64,000 bases of DNA from the NCBI GenBank assembly GCA_051362555.1, contig CM120648.1, positions 2,910,587 to 2,974,586 of the forward strand, read 5' to 3'. The stretch comes from Lingula anatina. Its lineage: Eukaryota > Animalia > Brachiopoda. This document shows positions 27,496 to 40,759 of this stretch, in pieces; the stretch's first letter is position 1, and every line of letters starts with the position of its first letter. Both the position numbers and the translations under genes were made by a program. A model generated the notes under the pieces. That model saw nothing but the letters and a program-made list of their open reading frames with translations, had not been told where the DNA came from and made no database searches.

Positions 27496-29129
27496 TTTGA
27501 AGTTCAAGACTGAACCGTGAGCATATTATACTGAACTGCATTGTGAATAAAGTGCAAATCAATAGCTGTGGCTGACCTAAATCTAGGGTCACCCAATCGC
27601 AGGTTGTACTGGGCATGTTACTAGGCTGTAATGTTTATTCATAACTATTTATTATTCGTTCGTTTATTTATCAAATTAGTTTCAGTAAATTCAGAAGAGC
27701 ATACATGACTGATAAAAAACGACCAAGCAAAAATTACTAACAATGTATTTGTTTTTCAAAGTAAAATTAGGAACTGTCCTTTTTTAAATATTTCAGCACC
27801 AATAGCAAACATGCATTTTTCACGGTGCACGTGAGGCTGCTGTAGCTATAGATAATTTTAATTGTTTTTACTTTTACTTGTTTTTAAAATGGTTCAGCCA
27901 AGGGAAATCATATGCCATGTTATTTAACATTTATCATTACAGTTGCACCTGACAACCCTGAAAGGTGGATTGATCGCCTCGTCATCTTGTGGCCAATGAA
28001 CATATCACCAGTCTTATGGAGGTGAATGCGTTAGGAGAGATTTATTGATTGTGCTGGCGGTTAAAATCTCACTGGGACTGATATACTTTTTTAAACAAAG
28101 CCTTTTAAACCCCAGTGAAAAAAGTGAATAACTTAAAAAGCCTTAACTTCACTTAAATTGAGATACGAGAAAAATACCAGGCGAGGGAGGGGTTATGTCT
28201 CATCCCCTAATTTTCAAAGGTCTAGAACCCGTCATATTTTGCTAAAACCCCATTCATTTTAATCAGGCAGAATATCAATTGGGAAAAAATAGTTGTATGT
28301 GCACTATTGCTCAGAATGGTTGTCAAAATAACAACCAAACCACCTACATTTTCCAAACAGAAAAGAAAGGAGGACATCTAGCTTTTATGTTGATACGTGA
28401 ATATGTAACTATTCATAATTATCCATCTATACATTTATACAGTCCATCAGAAAAAAAAAAATCTTACAAAATGTGGGATTTGTTTTTGAAAACTGCGTCA
28501 AGGATGCCCAACAGATTTTTTTAATACAAACAGTCCTTTTTTTAATTTGTCTATCATCTATCAAAAAAAAAACGTTTTCCATCATAAATACTGAACGATA
28601 CATGATTTATTTTTAATTTAAAAAGAGTTTGTCTTACAAAACAACAACACGAAAAATAAATTCGGGTGGCTCACTTTTTGCATAAATTCCAATATCAAGG
28701 GTATTATTTTCAAAACATTGATATTATTTGGGAAAGATCTGAAATTAAAAGCCACCATTCAAATTCACTTTTTTTACGGAGCAGTTTTTTAACATGGTTG
28801 ACTGTAAATAACTTAATCTTTGTTATTCTAAAACTTAATCATTTTCATTCATATCGACAAACATATAAAGGTTAAAGACAGACATTGTAAACCTATGACA
28901 AAATATGAAATCAAAAAAGCAAGCATAGGTTCTCAGAATTGTGAATAAATCCATAAAACCGTACTGTTTGACAGTTATATTCGAGTGCTATGAATACAAA
29001 TTTCTATGAAGAAACTAATAATGTTCTATTTGAAAATGAATTGTGGCACATTTCAAACAGTTCATAATGTCCATGGATTTTTATATGTTAATATATCATT
29101 ATTGGTATTATTAGTTAAGTCAAGTTAAA

Positions 29130-29325
29130 TCTAAGTTTCCAAATAACGATAGACTTTCAATTTCCGTAGTTTCTTCTTACAACAAGATCTCCTTCCTGGT
29201 TGATGGTGCATGCCCGTGGTTCATATAGCCCATGTGATACAGTCTCCAGTTGGACTACCTTAAATGTCAAACACCACAATTATGTAGTTTACTAATGTTG
29301 GTTCATCTTGTGGAGAAGGCACTGA
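29130..29325 (-). pseudogene. Deleted NHL remnant of the second TRIM paralog
   Basis: 29130-29233 matches the paralog C-terminus (KLKVYRYL..stop). 29234-29257 matches paralog ~26162-26185, so about 620 bp are missing. Confidence 0.8.
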
Positions 29326-30645
29326 TTATGGTGAATTTGAAGCCTGTTCTTCGTCTTCACTAGTGGTCGCCGGTGATGTTAAGTTTGAAGCCTGTTCTTC
29401 ATCTTCACTAGTGGTCGCCGGTGATGTTGAGTTTGAAGCCTGTTCTTCATCTTCACTAGTGGACTCGGAGGTGTCTTCCTCGAATAGGCTAGTCTCTCTC
29501 CATTCTTCATGGATTTGTCCAAGGCCAGCTCCACTCGATATCTCTTGGTCCACATCCTGGTTGGTCTCAAATGTGAGTTTTAATTCTTTGTATAGTTCGT
29601 CTTCGGTTAGTTTGTCCTTTAAACCTAGTCCAGACGGCTTCTCTAACCGGTCCGGTAACATGAGGATCTCTACTGGGACACCTCGTTTCAGGGTGTTTCT
29701 TATAACATTTACACAACTCTTCAAGGTGGAAGATATGCCGCTGAAATGATCGTGGGCTGTACTCCAGTTTTTCATCTGAACAGAAAACGACTGCTCTAAG
29801 TCCTGTAGAATGTCTTTTTCTTTTAAACGTACTATCTGACAAATATGATCTGCTCTTTGTGAAACCTCGACGCAAATGTGTTCCTTATTTTCCTGGAACG
29901 ATATCCTCATTTCCTCCAGTATCCCGATTTTCTCTTGTATAGTTTCGTCTTGTGTCTCAAAAAGTTCTAATAATGACTGTAGTTCACCGCTGACATCTTC
30001 AGAAGCTGTTGACAAAGTCGTCACCTTGTGACGATCGTGACCTAAGATCTTGCAATCACGACAGACGGGTTTCTCACATTTCACGCAGTAGTACCGTAGA
30101 GGTTCGTCTTTGTGTTCGGGACAGAAAATAATCCGTTGTTCTTGGATTACCGTTTGGTACTCCTCACTTTGTATCTGTTGAAAAGTGAGGACCTTGTGGT
30201 CTTTGGTGAACCTGGTACTGCAGTGTAACTTAGAGCACTTTTCACACAGGTAGTCATTGCAGGTGATGCATTTAGCAGTGGCAACAGTTTCAGATTCAGA
30301 CGCCAAGGCACAAAAGCTGCACTTTGTCTTTTTGGATGCCTTAAGAACACTGTCCAGAACACTGTCCTGCAAGCTTTCAACAAAGAAATTATGAGTAAAG
30401 CCCCCAAGTCCATTCTTAGGCACTTCTATTTCTCGCTGACAAACCGGACATGGAAACTTACTTCCTGGTTTTAAATGAGATATTAAAGTCGACAGACACC
30501 CTTTACAAAATGTATGTTTACATGGCAAATCTGTCGGGTCCGTGTACTCCACAAGACATATAGGGCAACTCACAAAGTTCTCAGTTATCACAGTTCTCAG
30601 GGATTTTTCATCTTCTGATTCCGATTTGGGTGCAGCTGTCGCCAT
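29326..30645 (-). CDS. Truncated TRIM paralog (RING-Bbox-Bbox-coiled coil, acidic tail, no NHL); possible pseudogene
   Basis: 439-aa ORF highly similar to the 25438-27495 gene in its N-terminal half. TAA stop at the position of Ser (TCA) in the paralog. Decayed NHL remnant downstream. Confidence 0.8.
   Translation of the reverse strand: MATAAPKSESEDEKSLRTVITENFVSCPICLVEYTDPTDLPCKHTFCKGCLSTLISHLKPGSKFPCPVCQREIEVPKNGLGGFTHNFFVESLQDSVLDSVLKASKKTKCSFCALASESETVATAKCITCNDYLCEKCSKLHCSTRFTKDHKVLTFQQIQSEEYQTVIQEQRIIFCPEHKDEPLRYYCVKCEKPVCRDCKILGHDRHKVTTLSTASEDVSGELQSLLELFETQDETIQEKIGILEEMRISFQENKEHICVEVSQRADHICQIVRLKEKDILQDLEQSFSVQMKNWSTAHDHFSGISSTLKSCVNVIRNTLKRGVPVEILMLPDRLEKPSGLGLKDKLTEDELYKELKLTFETNQDVDQEISSGAGLGQIHEEWRETSLFEEDTSESTSEDEEQASNSTSPATTSEDEEQASNLTSPATTSEDEEQASNSP
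29335..29462 (-). repeat. 48-bp coding tandem repeat (~2.7 copies, TSEDEEQASNxTSPAT)
   Basis: (a/g)tttgaagcctgttcttc at 29335, 29383, 29431. Confidence 0.9.
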
Positions 30646-31549
30646 TTTGGGGGTGTCTATGTAACTGTGCTGTTAGTAGGCCTAGAACTGTAATCACCTG
30701 ATTCATGCTCAAAGATCGTTAAGGCCAAGTCAAAATGTTAGTTAACTCTTTTTTGGTACCTTGTTGTTTTTATCAAGCTGTTTTCATGAAGCTGCAGTTT
30801 TTGTCATTTTTGAAGATAAAATACCTAACTCATTGTCAATAATGCTCTTCTAGGTGCTTTTTTTTTTCGTTTGTTTGTTTGTTTGCTTGATTGTTTGTTT
30901 GGTTAACAGTTTCATTTTTTGTTTTGAAAAACACAGCTTAACTTGGTTCGGCCTAGCTATCAGTGATGCAGTGCCAGCGTCAGGTGAGAATATGATACTT
31001 GTGTCGTACTTGTGCCCAACATCTCCGGTGCTTATCATCAATATTTTCAATATTAACCTTATCGGTATGCGGGTACGTGTAGTTGCTGGGTGCCCCCGTA
31101 TTATTTTTCTCCAAAACAAAATGTGGTCTGCATCTAAAATAGCAGGAAGGTGTATGCCGAATTAGAATTTGATAATCACAAGGCCAGGACATGAAAATTT
31201 TATTTACACATTTATCTTAATGAATATTTACAGAGGGAAAGGAGGCGTATATATCCAGTTTTCGTCATATTCCTCTAGAGCACGTATTGCAACATATCCG
31301 GTCACAAGGCAGCGCATTCATACGTCACAATTGATCACAACTAACACACTCAGCGCCAATCACACTGTTTAACTAGTCTCATTTTGCCCGCGTTTTTACT
31401 TGACATATAAACTTGCATAGATGGAAGTAATGTAAGCAACCACTTATAATTAGTTGTAAGGGTTCGGTTCCAAATCATTTATATTCTTATAAAGTCAAGT
31501 ACTTGATCTGTCATCACACCTCATGATCTCACTCTCATAGCTCTGAGAT

Positions 31550-31551
<2 letters not shown>

Positions 31552-31621
<70 letters not shown>
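31552..31621. repeat. (TA)n microsatellite
   Basis: Direct reading. Confidence 0.95.
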
Positions 31622-31624
<3 letters not shown>

Positions 31625-33060
31625 GCAGCTTATTGTTATCTGTATTTATCTACGGGTAAGAAGTTAATGCTTAACCTATCCTGGCCCGGTCACAAACACC
31701 ACACTCCTATCTGTTTACCCTCTCGACACAGTTTTAAAGTTTATCTGGGGTCAACGGGTGATCTATTGACGGCAGATCATCAGAGCGTTAACTGACACAG
31801 ATCCCATACCTTAGAAGAGGGGACAATTAACCACCCCTCCTCAAAACCACAAGTTACAAATATCTTTATGTGTAGACATTCAATTTTCTGGTTCTGCGAA
31901 CTGATTAATCGGGATAGCTTGGACACTCAAAATTTTCATGCGATATTTCAAAGTAAACCTAATGGGCGCCCCTACCCTCCCCTATCCTTAAACCACGGGG
32001 GAAATTAAACCACGTCAGCTTATTGATCCCATCCTCTCCAATCTGAGAAACAGTATTTCCCCCCAATTTTATGACCATTCCATTCTGCAAAACTTTGTGA
32101 GCAAGTTAAAAGCAGTTCTTCAAATTCAGAAATCAACTCAAGCTATGCTTTAGATAATTGAATAGAATATAATGCATTTTTATCGCTGAATCTAGTTTTT
32201 TTAAAGCTGAATGTATACATTTAAACATACAAATGTAGGAAATGTAACACTGATAAACTTTATGGAGCCTGGTTGACAGAGATGATTTCAGCACCACATG
32301 TAGAATGCAATCATTATATTTCTTAACTTTCCGAAATTTTCCTCTCAATTGTGCCGGTCTGTCATAATTTTCGTAGTAAAATTCTGTATCAAACGAGCGC
32401 TAATATAATATCATATTCAAATGCCTTTCTTTTATCAGCCCTTTCCCTGCATATTGATCATATTTTAAGAGGGAGGGAGTTACGTGTCACAATTATAGAA
32501 TTTTTAAACATTTTTTAACAATGCCATACGCAATTTATGGCTTTTTCGAACACGACATATACATGTTTGAAAAAAAAACGTAATGCGTGACAGGTGCCTC
32601 ATTAACTTCGGTTACACGCTATGAAATAATCAATGTACTTTCATATTTCTCGCTGCCCATACCCCAGAGTTCGTGTATTTTCGGATCAATTCGCCGGTTT
32701 ATGTCCTGGTTAATACTGCAGCCTATTTCTGTTGAGCGATAAGTCGTTTTTTTTTCTGAGAGTGTTCGTGACTTCATGACCCTGAGCTTCAAACCGGATA
32801 CTTTAGATTCCCAAATATCTATATCATGTGATAATTACGTTTTTTGCACCAATCACAAACGTTCACCCAGTTATCCACCGGATTTGTGAATCCGTATAAG
32901 CTACCCGTATCTTATAGGAAAATGTAACTTAATCAAGAGACATATCTATCTTTTGATATGCAGTTGACTTCAGTCAAACGCTGAAGCGGTTCAGGATCGT
33001 GAAACAGGCAGATATGGACATTGGAAAATTTAAAAAGCTGGTCTGTGTCTGTGGACACAC

Positions 33061-36000
33061 TCAGGCTGATGTCTGCTCATGGTATACTTGGTTTTCGAAC
33101 TCGAGGTGTTGATTCTTAGAGCCCTCTCGTTCATCTGTGTCTTCCAGGTAACGCGGGCTGTTTTGATGTCTTCTGAAATATGTACACAGCACATGCATTT
33201 CAAAGTATTTCTAACAGATTAACAGAATTTTGAATTAAGAACCAACCATTGGTAAACTTGTTAATTTGGTGGTACTGTATACACATAAGTTTTCTGTATA
33301 ATATTTTCTTACAAAGTATTCATATTTAGAATAGTAAGACAAAGATAAGATATAGACTAATGTGTTTGCAAAATATTTAAAGAGAGAATGCTGCTTTACT
33401 TCTGTAGTTGCTTTGAATAAAAAAAAAATAAGATAACAAAGACCATTTACATAAGCTATCGCAAGGGGAGAACTTTCAACATTTTCAAGGAAACAGAAAT
33501 TTACTTTCAGTTTTTCTACAAATTTACAATATAAATACAATACAATATAAATACAAAAAAAATACAAATGACGAAGAAATGCTGGGGCATTATTGCTTAC
33601 CTACGGCACATTAGAACAGTAACTCCAACAATTATGAATAACAGCGCTGCCCCGCCACCGGCCCCGGTGTATGTGTATATTTCTATAGTTGAAAAAAGTG
33701 GAATAAAACGAGCATTGAGTGCATGAAAACGTGGTTAAATATTTCACTTGCCCTATATTCCCCGAAAGGAAAAAAGAACACTATTATAGCTCACTGAACC
33801 TTGTTTTATATATTTTAGTTATCAATTGAAGGTTTGAAGTGAGTGGAACATATGTATTAGCCTTCTGTCCGCCCTTAGAGACATTCTAAATCCACCAGTT
33901 GTTATACACATGCATATATGACTTGACTGCTTTGCTTCATTATGTAAAAAATTAACTTAAGATAGACGGATGTCATACGTACAGCGTAAGTCGTTAATGA
34001 CTGACTGACATATTTCCCAAGTTGAAACAAGGCGAGATAAGTACAGGGTTGGAATATATATCGGTTATATACACACAACTAGAAGGGTTAAATATATGCA
34101 AGTACTACCCGCGTTATATATTCCCCTCAAAGCCATAGTTGCTATGTTTACATAAAATCCATCAAATAAAAGTGCCTGATGTCAGTATTTCCTTCTGAAG
34201 TGTATGGGACATTATGGACAATCACTTAATATTATATTTTAATTACTTCCGCCAAGGAGGTTATGTTTTCATAGACTTTTGTTCGTTCATCACTAGCCTA
34301 ACTCAAAAACATATGGAATAATTTTGATGAAAATTTTAGAATAGATTACAAATTGGGTACCTTATAGTGATTATATTTAAGAGGCGACCCATCAACTACT
34401 TAATGATCAATTAAAAACTAGTTTATAATTAGTTAATAATTTGTCAAGAATCAGAATTCAGTTTTCTCGGTGTATTGTAGGGAAGTGCCAAGTAATGGTT
34501 CGCACATATACGAGAAAATTTTCATTTGGAAGGAAAAAATACAATTATTAATTTCTTTAAGGATGCGCATAGTGGGTGGCAGGAACATATAAAGCGTTAT
34601 ATCGACTTAAATGCTATTATGTTATAAAATAAGGATACAAAATGAATACTATTGAAATAAGATTTTTATTGATATGCAATATGTTTGTATGTCTTGGTCG
34701 GTTAAAAAGTTTCTGCCATCCCACGCAATATGCATCCTCAAGATATCATGTTCTTGTTTGGTCTCAGATGTAAATTACTAATTATTACCTGGCGTCACCT
34801 TTGGAAAAAATAGAAATGACTCTTTGTTGACTCATAACGCACCTTGCTGCCGCCTTTTTCTCTCAGCTTCATGCTGTCTCTCGCGCTGTGCAGCCAGAAG
34901 ATTAGTTTCTGCTGTAGTTGTGGGCGACAAAAAAGGGTCCTTTGTTTCATATTCATCTGTTGTCTGTTTGTAGATCTGTTGTCTCGTATACGTTTCTGTA
35001 TGTTTGGTGCTCTGAGTGACCCCCTGTTGTTCGTTTGTAGTGGTCAGCGTCATCAGTTTTGTATTATGGTTTAGAATCACTGTTGATGTTATATGCGGTG
35101 AGAGTGAAGATCGGAATGGTTTGCGCGCACTTGTTGATGATTGCTTCAAAATGGGAGTACTGGTTGTGTCATAGGGGGAAAAGGTGATTTGCCTCGTGGT
35201 ATGTCTGAGTGCATGGGTTGCCATAATTGTGGATTCGCCTGCTGGGGAAGGCGTGTTTATTTTGGGGGCTGTGGTTGTAGTTGTGGGTGTAGTGGTTGTA
35301 GTTGTGGGTGTAGTGGTTGTAGTTGTGGGTGTAGTGGTTGTAGTTGTGGGTGTAGTGGTTGTAGTTGTGGGTGTTGTAGTTGTGGGTGTAGTGGTTGTAG
35401 TTGTGGGTGTAGTGGTCGTGGGTGTAGTGGTTGTAGTTGTGGATGTAGTGGTTGTAGTTGTGGATGTAGTGGTTGTAGTTGTGGGTGTAGTGGTTGTAGT
35501 TGTGGGTGTAGTGGTTGTGGGTGTAGTGGTTGTAGTTGTGGGTGTAGTGGTTGTAGTTGTGGGTGTTGTAGTTGTGGGTGTAGTGGTTGTAGTTGTGGGT
35601 GTAGTGGTCGTGGGTGTAGTGGTTGTAGTTGTGGGTGTAGTGGTTGTAGTTGTGGGTGTAGTGGTTGTAGTTGTGGGTGTAGTGGTTGTGGTTGTGGTTG
35701 TAGTGGTTGTGGGTGTAGTGGTTGTAGTTGTGGGTGTAGTGGTTGTAGTTGTGGGTGTTGTAGTTGTGGGTGTAGTGGTTGTAGTTGTGGGTGTAGTGGT
35801 CGTGGGTGTAGTGGTTGTAGTTGTGGGTGTAGTCGTGGTAGTTGTCAGTGTAGTGGTGGGAGTACTGGCTTTATTTATGGTAGTGGAGGTTATCATCCTT
35901 TTGGTGGTTACCTCTGTAAAACAAAAAATATCATACATGACAATTATGACACAAACTGGAATATTTCCATACCGTTAGTTTACTGCCTGCATCCAGGCCT

Positions 36001-38183
36001 TCGTCTGGCAGTATATCTACATGACAATTATAAGAGGCTCTTTCCCCAAGTGATCAGTGAGAAACAACATCCACTTACATCAGTCTGATGAAGGATGACC
36101 GTAAGCTAACGGTATGAATGTATTATTTATACTAGTATGTAAATGCGTTATTTATAATTATCATATATGATCAAACTACCACTTGGATGCAAATTAGATA
36201 CAAGTTTAATTTTTAAAAATCATGAAATACAATTTTGATGTCAATTATAGAATTACCAGAACATTTGTATCCATCTCCAATAAATCCTGGTTTACATGAA
36301 CAGGTATAACTCCCTGGGGTATTCGTACAGACAGCCCGACTGTCACAGGTGTCCGTTTTAGTGTGGCATTCATTTACATCTGGAGGATTAGCATAACAAG
36401 CATAACATATATAACTCAAAACAAATAACTTATATCAAAAGTAAGGCAAACATATAAATCAGTAATTAACTCTCTTTAAGATTTTTTAATCTTTTGATCA
36501 AGAGTGCCGTTACATATGTTACCGCCGTTACGTTTTGTAAACATGCATATATCTATACTGTATTGTTGTAAAGTTAATTACTTACCCTTACACTCATTAC
36601 AATAAGTAATAAAAGGGAAATCAAATAGATGGAAAGTTAGAGTGATATTGAGTGCAAATTAAGCTTCATCGAGTGTCAACAAGTGTAGAACATGTTTTTA
36701 GTGTCAGAAGAAGATGGAAAAGGTCCAAGTCAATAACATTTAATGTGATTGGTCAATTTCATAACAGATTTTAATTTTGATCAACTGTTTATCACATGAT
36801 AACTAAGTTTTGGACATGATTCAAGTATGAGTAATGCAAATAGTATTTTGGATGAGTTTAGTTGAAAACAAGGTTCTTAGACATTACCTAATAAGGGAAT
36901 GTTCTATGGTAAAGTAAACATAACAATGGAAAGTTTCTGGAAATCACGCCATAAACAATAAAAAGAACATAATTACACGCGTGATCAGTACGGAGAATTA
37001 GAGTATAAATATGGGTAAAATTGTATGAAAATTAAGTGGTGAATAAATGATTGAAGACTCCAGAACCTCGTCGACGTTATAATAGTATTAATGCTGATTT
37101 GACTATCATGTCAATGACAGCAAAACGATAAATAATATATTCAGTAAAGCGTCTTCGCCATTAGATTTCAACATATATTTCTTTTCTAAACAATGCGGCT
37201 CATACTTGCCATATTGGCAGATAAATCCAAATATTTTATAACACGGATAATCCTTCCATCTGCTTAATTTTGTGAGTACGGCACAATTTTCCTCAGTTTT
37301 CCCATTGGGCTCCTGCCCTCCCCAAGCTTTAAAAACCAAAGGACGTCCTGAAATGAATGCTTTTAATGCAGGTTAATATAAACAACACTCTGATGTGTCA
37401 AAGTGTAAATATACATGTACATATGAAATTCAACGGGGCTCAATTTCCTCTCACTGTGCCCCATTTCCCTTATTTCTTGGACTGTGACATCTTTGTTAAG
37501 ATATCAAACTGATTCACCGCCGAAGTATAAAGGAAAGACAACTTTCAGTTTTTCACAATAGCATGCATTTTATGGATAATACATTTGGCAATGAACTTCT
37601 GAAAATACCGATGTTACAAGATTTCCATACCGGTATAATATAACAAATGAAAATATTTAGTAAAATGTAGTGAAAATAAATTCACAGAATGATGATTTAA
37701 ATTTTCATCAGTTCATGCAGTAGCAGCAATTGACACATTCCAGTGCTAGTAACAAACATTATGAACAGGCCTTTGAAACAGAGGTTAAGAAATGAGTTTA
37801 TGAAGAATTTTAAAAAATGTAACGGGATTTAACTCTGCCTGGTGTCGAAGTGGCGTTTTATATTTTCATTAGAACGTTATATACGAATAGAGTAAACGTA
37901 AGGTCTTTTCAAATACAATTAAAATTACCTGATAACCACCGCCAATTTCCTTCTCTTTGTCTATCTGTTGCTCCGATCCAATAATATAATACCATATATG
38001 ATAACTTGTCAACCAATCCGCTGTTTATATCACTGGTTGTTATTTCAGCAAGACTACCACCTTTTTCTACGCACTTGCTCAAAGCAACTGACTGTTGAGC
38101 CTTTTGTTTTTCTACCAGTTCATAGCAATAGCCGCTACCCTTCACTTCAAATGTGGGATCTTTACACACCTGTGTCCCAGTGC
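33061..38183 (-). CDS. Type I membrane C-type lectin receptor: CTLD - cbEGF - Thr/Pro mucin stalk - TM - short tail; first exon uncertain
   Basis: Exons 38183..37929 (CYELV..C...GGSLAEI..YWIGATD..EGNWRW), 37347..37210 (QEPNG..ENCA..WKDYPC..FICQY, GC donor), 36379..36257 (DVNEC EGF), 35913..34843 (mucin), 33682..33601 ([22 protein letters not shown]) and 33172..33061 (..[13 protein letters not shown]). All phases are compatible. Confidence 0.88.
34243..34400 (-). mobile_element. DINE-1/HINE-like element fragment (intronic)
   Basis: ttacttccgccaaggaggttatgttttcat is close to the reverse complement of the 3' end of the ~61798-62020 element. Confidence 0.55.
35270..35860 (-). repeat. Coding minisatellite (21-bp and 15-bp units; [12 protein letters not shown] mucin repeats)
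   Basis: gtagtggttgtagttgtgggt repeats inside the mucin exon. Confidence 0.95.
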
Positions 38184-40759
38184 CTAAAGTATAATGAGCA
38201 GAAATAAATATGCGAATTTAATATCCGGACACAACCGATCCCACATAATTTTCATAATTTGCAATTTGACTGACTGGTAAAAGGCGTGCCAGACAATTAA
38301 GCTGATTACAGTGGTTGTACTTAAGCGAGAATGCCAGCAGAGTTGGATCAATCCAGCTAGTATGATAGGATTGTCTGAACGCTTCCTATGCTTTTCTAGG
38401 TACCTCCCCTAATTTCTCCCCGAAGGAACGTTGCGAATCAGAACTGAAATCTTGTTGGAACAGGCAAAAGTGTATCGGATGGGGGGTAGATAAAACAATT
38501 GAATTTCATTTTAGTACACGATGCGTCACTAGTTTCTGCATCGACTGATCGCTTCCATTCTACTTCAATAACTTTCGCAGCCAATTTCTTTGACCCAGAA
38601 TTCCTTTTTAGTCCTAAAATCTGCATGAAATTTTTCATTGCAAAATACTAAATCACTATGCTTTTTATGTAATTGCCTAATTTATTACATGGGGGGGGGG
38701 GGGGGGGGGGGGGGGGGGGAGTGACTATTAAGTAAACAAGTGAGTTCCATATTTCTACCATACAGTTGTGCCACAAGAAAATGACCTCATTATCAATTGA
38801 CATCGGCACAATAGGCCTAAAATACGGATCATCTACTGCCACCGAGCGTTTTTCAGAAAATCTTTAACAAAAAATCTTTCAAGGGAAAGTTCAAGATAAA
38901 GATATTAAATATAAACCCAGTCATAATTCAAATAAAACTTCCATTCCACCAGAGAATACATGAGGTATAGGTTTGCACGCACGATATCTACAGCCATGAA
39001 GTTTGCAGACTCATATCGATTTTTTAAAATTTTCTTTGAGATTTAATCGAATTACTACTTCCTATTCTTTTCTCACCTATCGTGACGACTGCGGTAAGAA
39101 GTCCAAAATAACAGGAAAGTTCCATTGTCCGCTAACGTGCAGTATGCCTGTAAAGGGCGGCCATGTGGAATTAATTGCACATTGGACGTTATGTTGATAC
39201 TCACATATATGTTTAAGAAAAGGGCACAGTTTTCTTGAACGATATCTTATCTTTGATACCGTGCTGCAGTTTTTGATCTACTTACAGTACATGTACACAG
39301 ATGAAAGATTGCGCACATCATTGTCTTCAGCTTGGAGTTACAATATACATATGTATATTACAAAGTGTCATCTTAAAATATATGTAAAATGACTTTTGAT
39401 CTCTCTATCGATAACTTTTCTTTGACCCCCTTCCTGATATCCCAATTCTGTTTGCGACCTGTGATTCGCAAGGTAAAAATTGTGTGTAGGCTCACTTATT
39501 TTGTTCACGAGCTCCCATCGTTGAGAATCAATATCAAAAGATTAATAAAAATCCGTGTTATGGAGCATTGGCACCAAAATTCTCCCCCCCCCCCCCCCCC
39601 CCCCCACAGTCTCGACTTCTTGAGACTTCCAGTGAAACGTGTAAAACAATCGCACCTTTTTAAGAGAGAGAGAGAGAGAGAGAGTGAGAGAGGCGGAGGG
39701 GGGGGGGGAGAGCTGACCGACAAAATGCAGACGACAAGTGTCTTTATTAGGAACGTAAACTATCCAAAACGAGAACTTCCACAAACGTTCCTTTCATCGT
39801 CGATTTTTATTACAAAGACTCATAATATTATATCTATAATTCATATCACAGATGTTTCACTGGATAAAATTATCATTAAAAAAATGTATACTTTACTAAA
39901 TCAACAAATATCAAAATAATTATCTCTGTAAAAACGTGATAAATTAGCTCTCTGCTATCAAAAGCAAAGGCAGTTGTAGTTTTAAAAAACACATCAATAT
40001 TTACTAAATTTGACACGCCTTACGACGTGACTTTTAAAATAATTACAAAATACTTTGTGCTTGTATATGATGATACAATAAAATGAATATAACAGCATAC
40101 ATTATAGGAAGCTTAATCCTATCAAAAAATACAACTTAAGAACCTCAAATTAAGATGAAATTATGATCATTTTTAAAATGTCTATTTAATTAGATTTCCT
40201 CCCAGCAGGATGACAATTAACAAGTTCCAATCCTAATGTGAAATTTATAAATAAATGTGTTAAATAAAAAGGAAAACCCCTGATATCCTTCATATCAACC
40301 TGTATCGATTACCTCAAGATGGTTTTCAATTTGTAAATGTTTTCTAAATATACAAACAAATGTAAAAATAGGCCGATAAGTTGCTGATCTGAGAGAGTTC
40401 CATGTGGGTATTGTGAAATAATTGTAAAAGTTATAACTGTCTGATATCTTTAAAAATTTTACATATATAATAAGTATAAGAAGGGCCTAGATAATTTGGC
40501 ATACAAAAAATTTTTACCAGTTAAGCTAATAAATTTTTTAATGCATAAATTGAAGTTGTCTGCTTCAAGATAAATTTCGTCCAAAAATATATATATTCAT
40601 ATAAATAATAATAATAATAATAAAATGAATAAAAACTGTGATCATTATATTAAATTGAAATAAGTCTTAACTCAAAAAAGTGTTTAAATTAAAGGCTGCC
40701 TTGATTTTCAATTTTCCATCTTCAAGTCATCCCAAAATGGTGTTTGCATAAAAACAAAT

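Noticed and set aside
35141-36088. Cys/Gly-rich (metallothionein/keratin-like) and poly-Val ORFs on the + strand
   Set aside because: Antisense readings of the Thr/Pro mucin exon, which has proper splice sites on the - strand
38691-38719. Poly-G tract (also poly-C at ~39584 and ~60478) as functional G-quadruplexes
   Set aside because: Simple homopolymers with no further support; lengths are unreliable in assemblies
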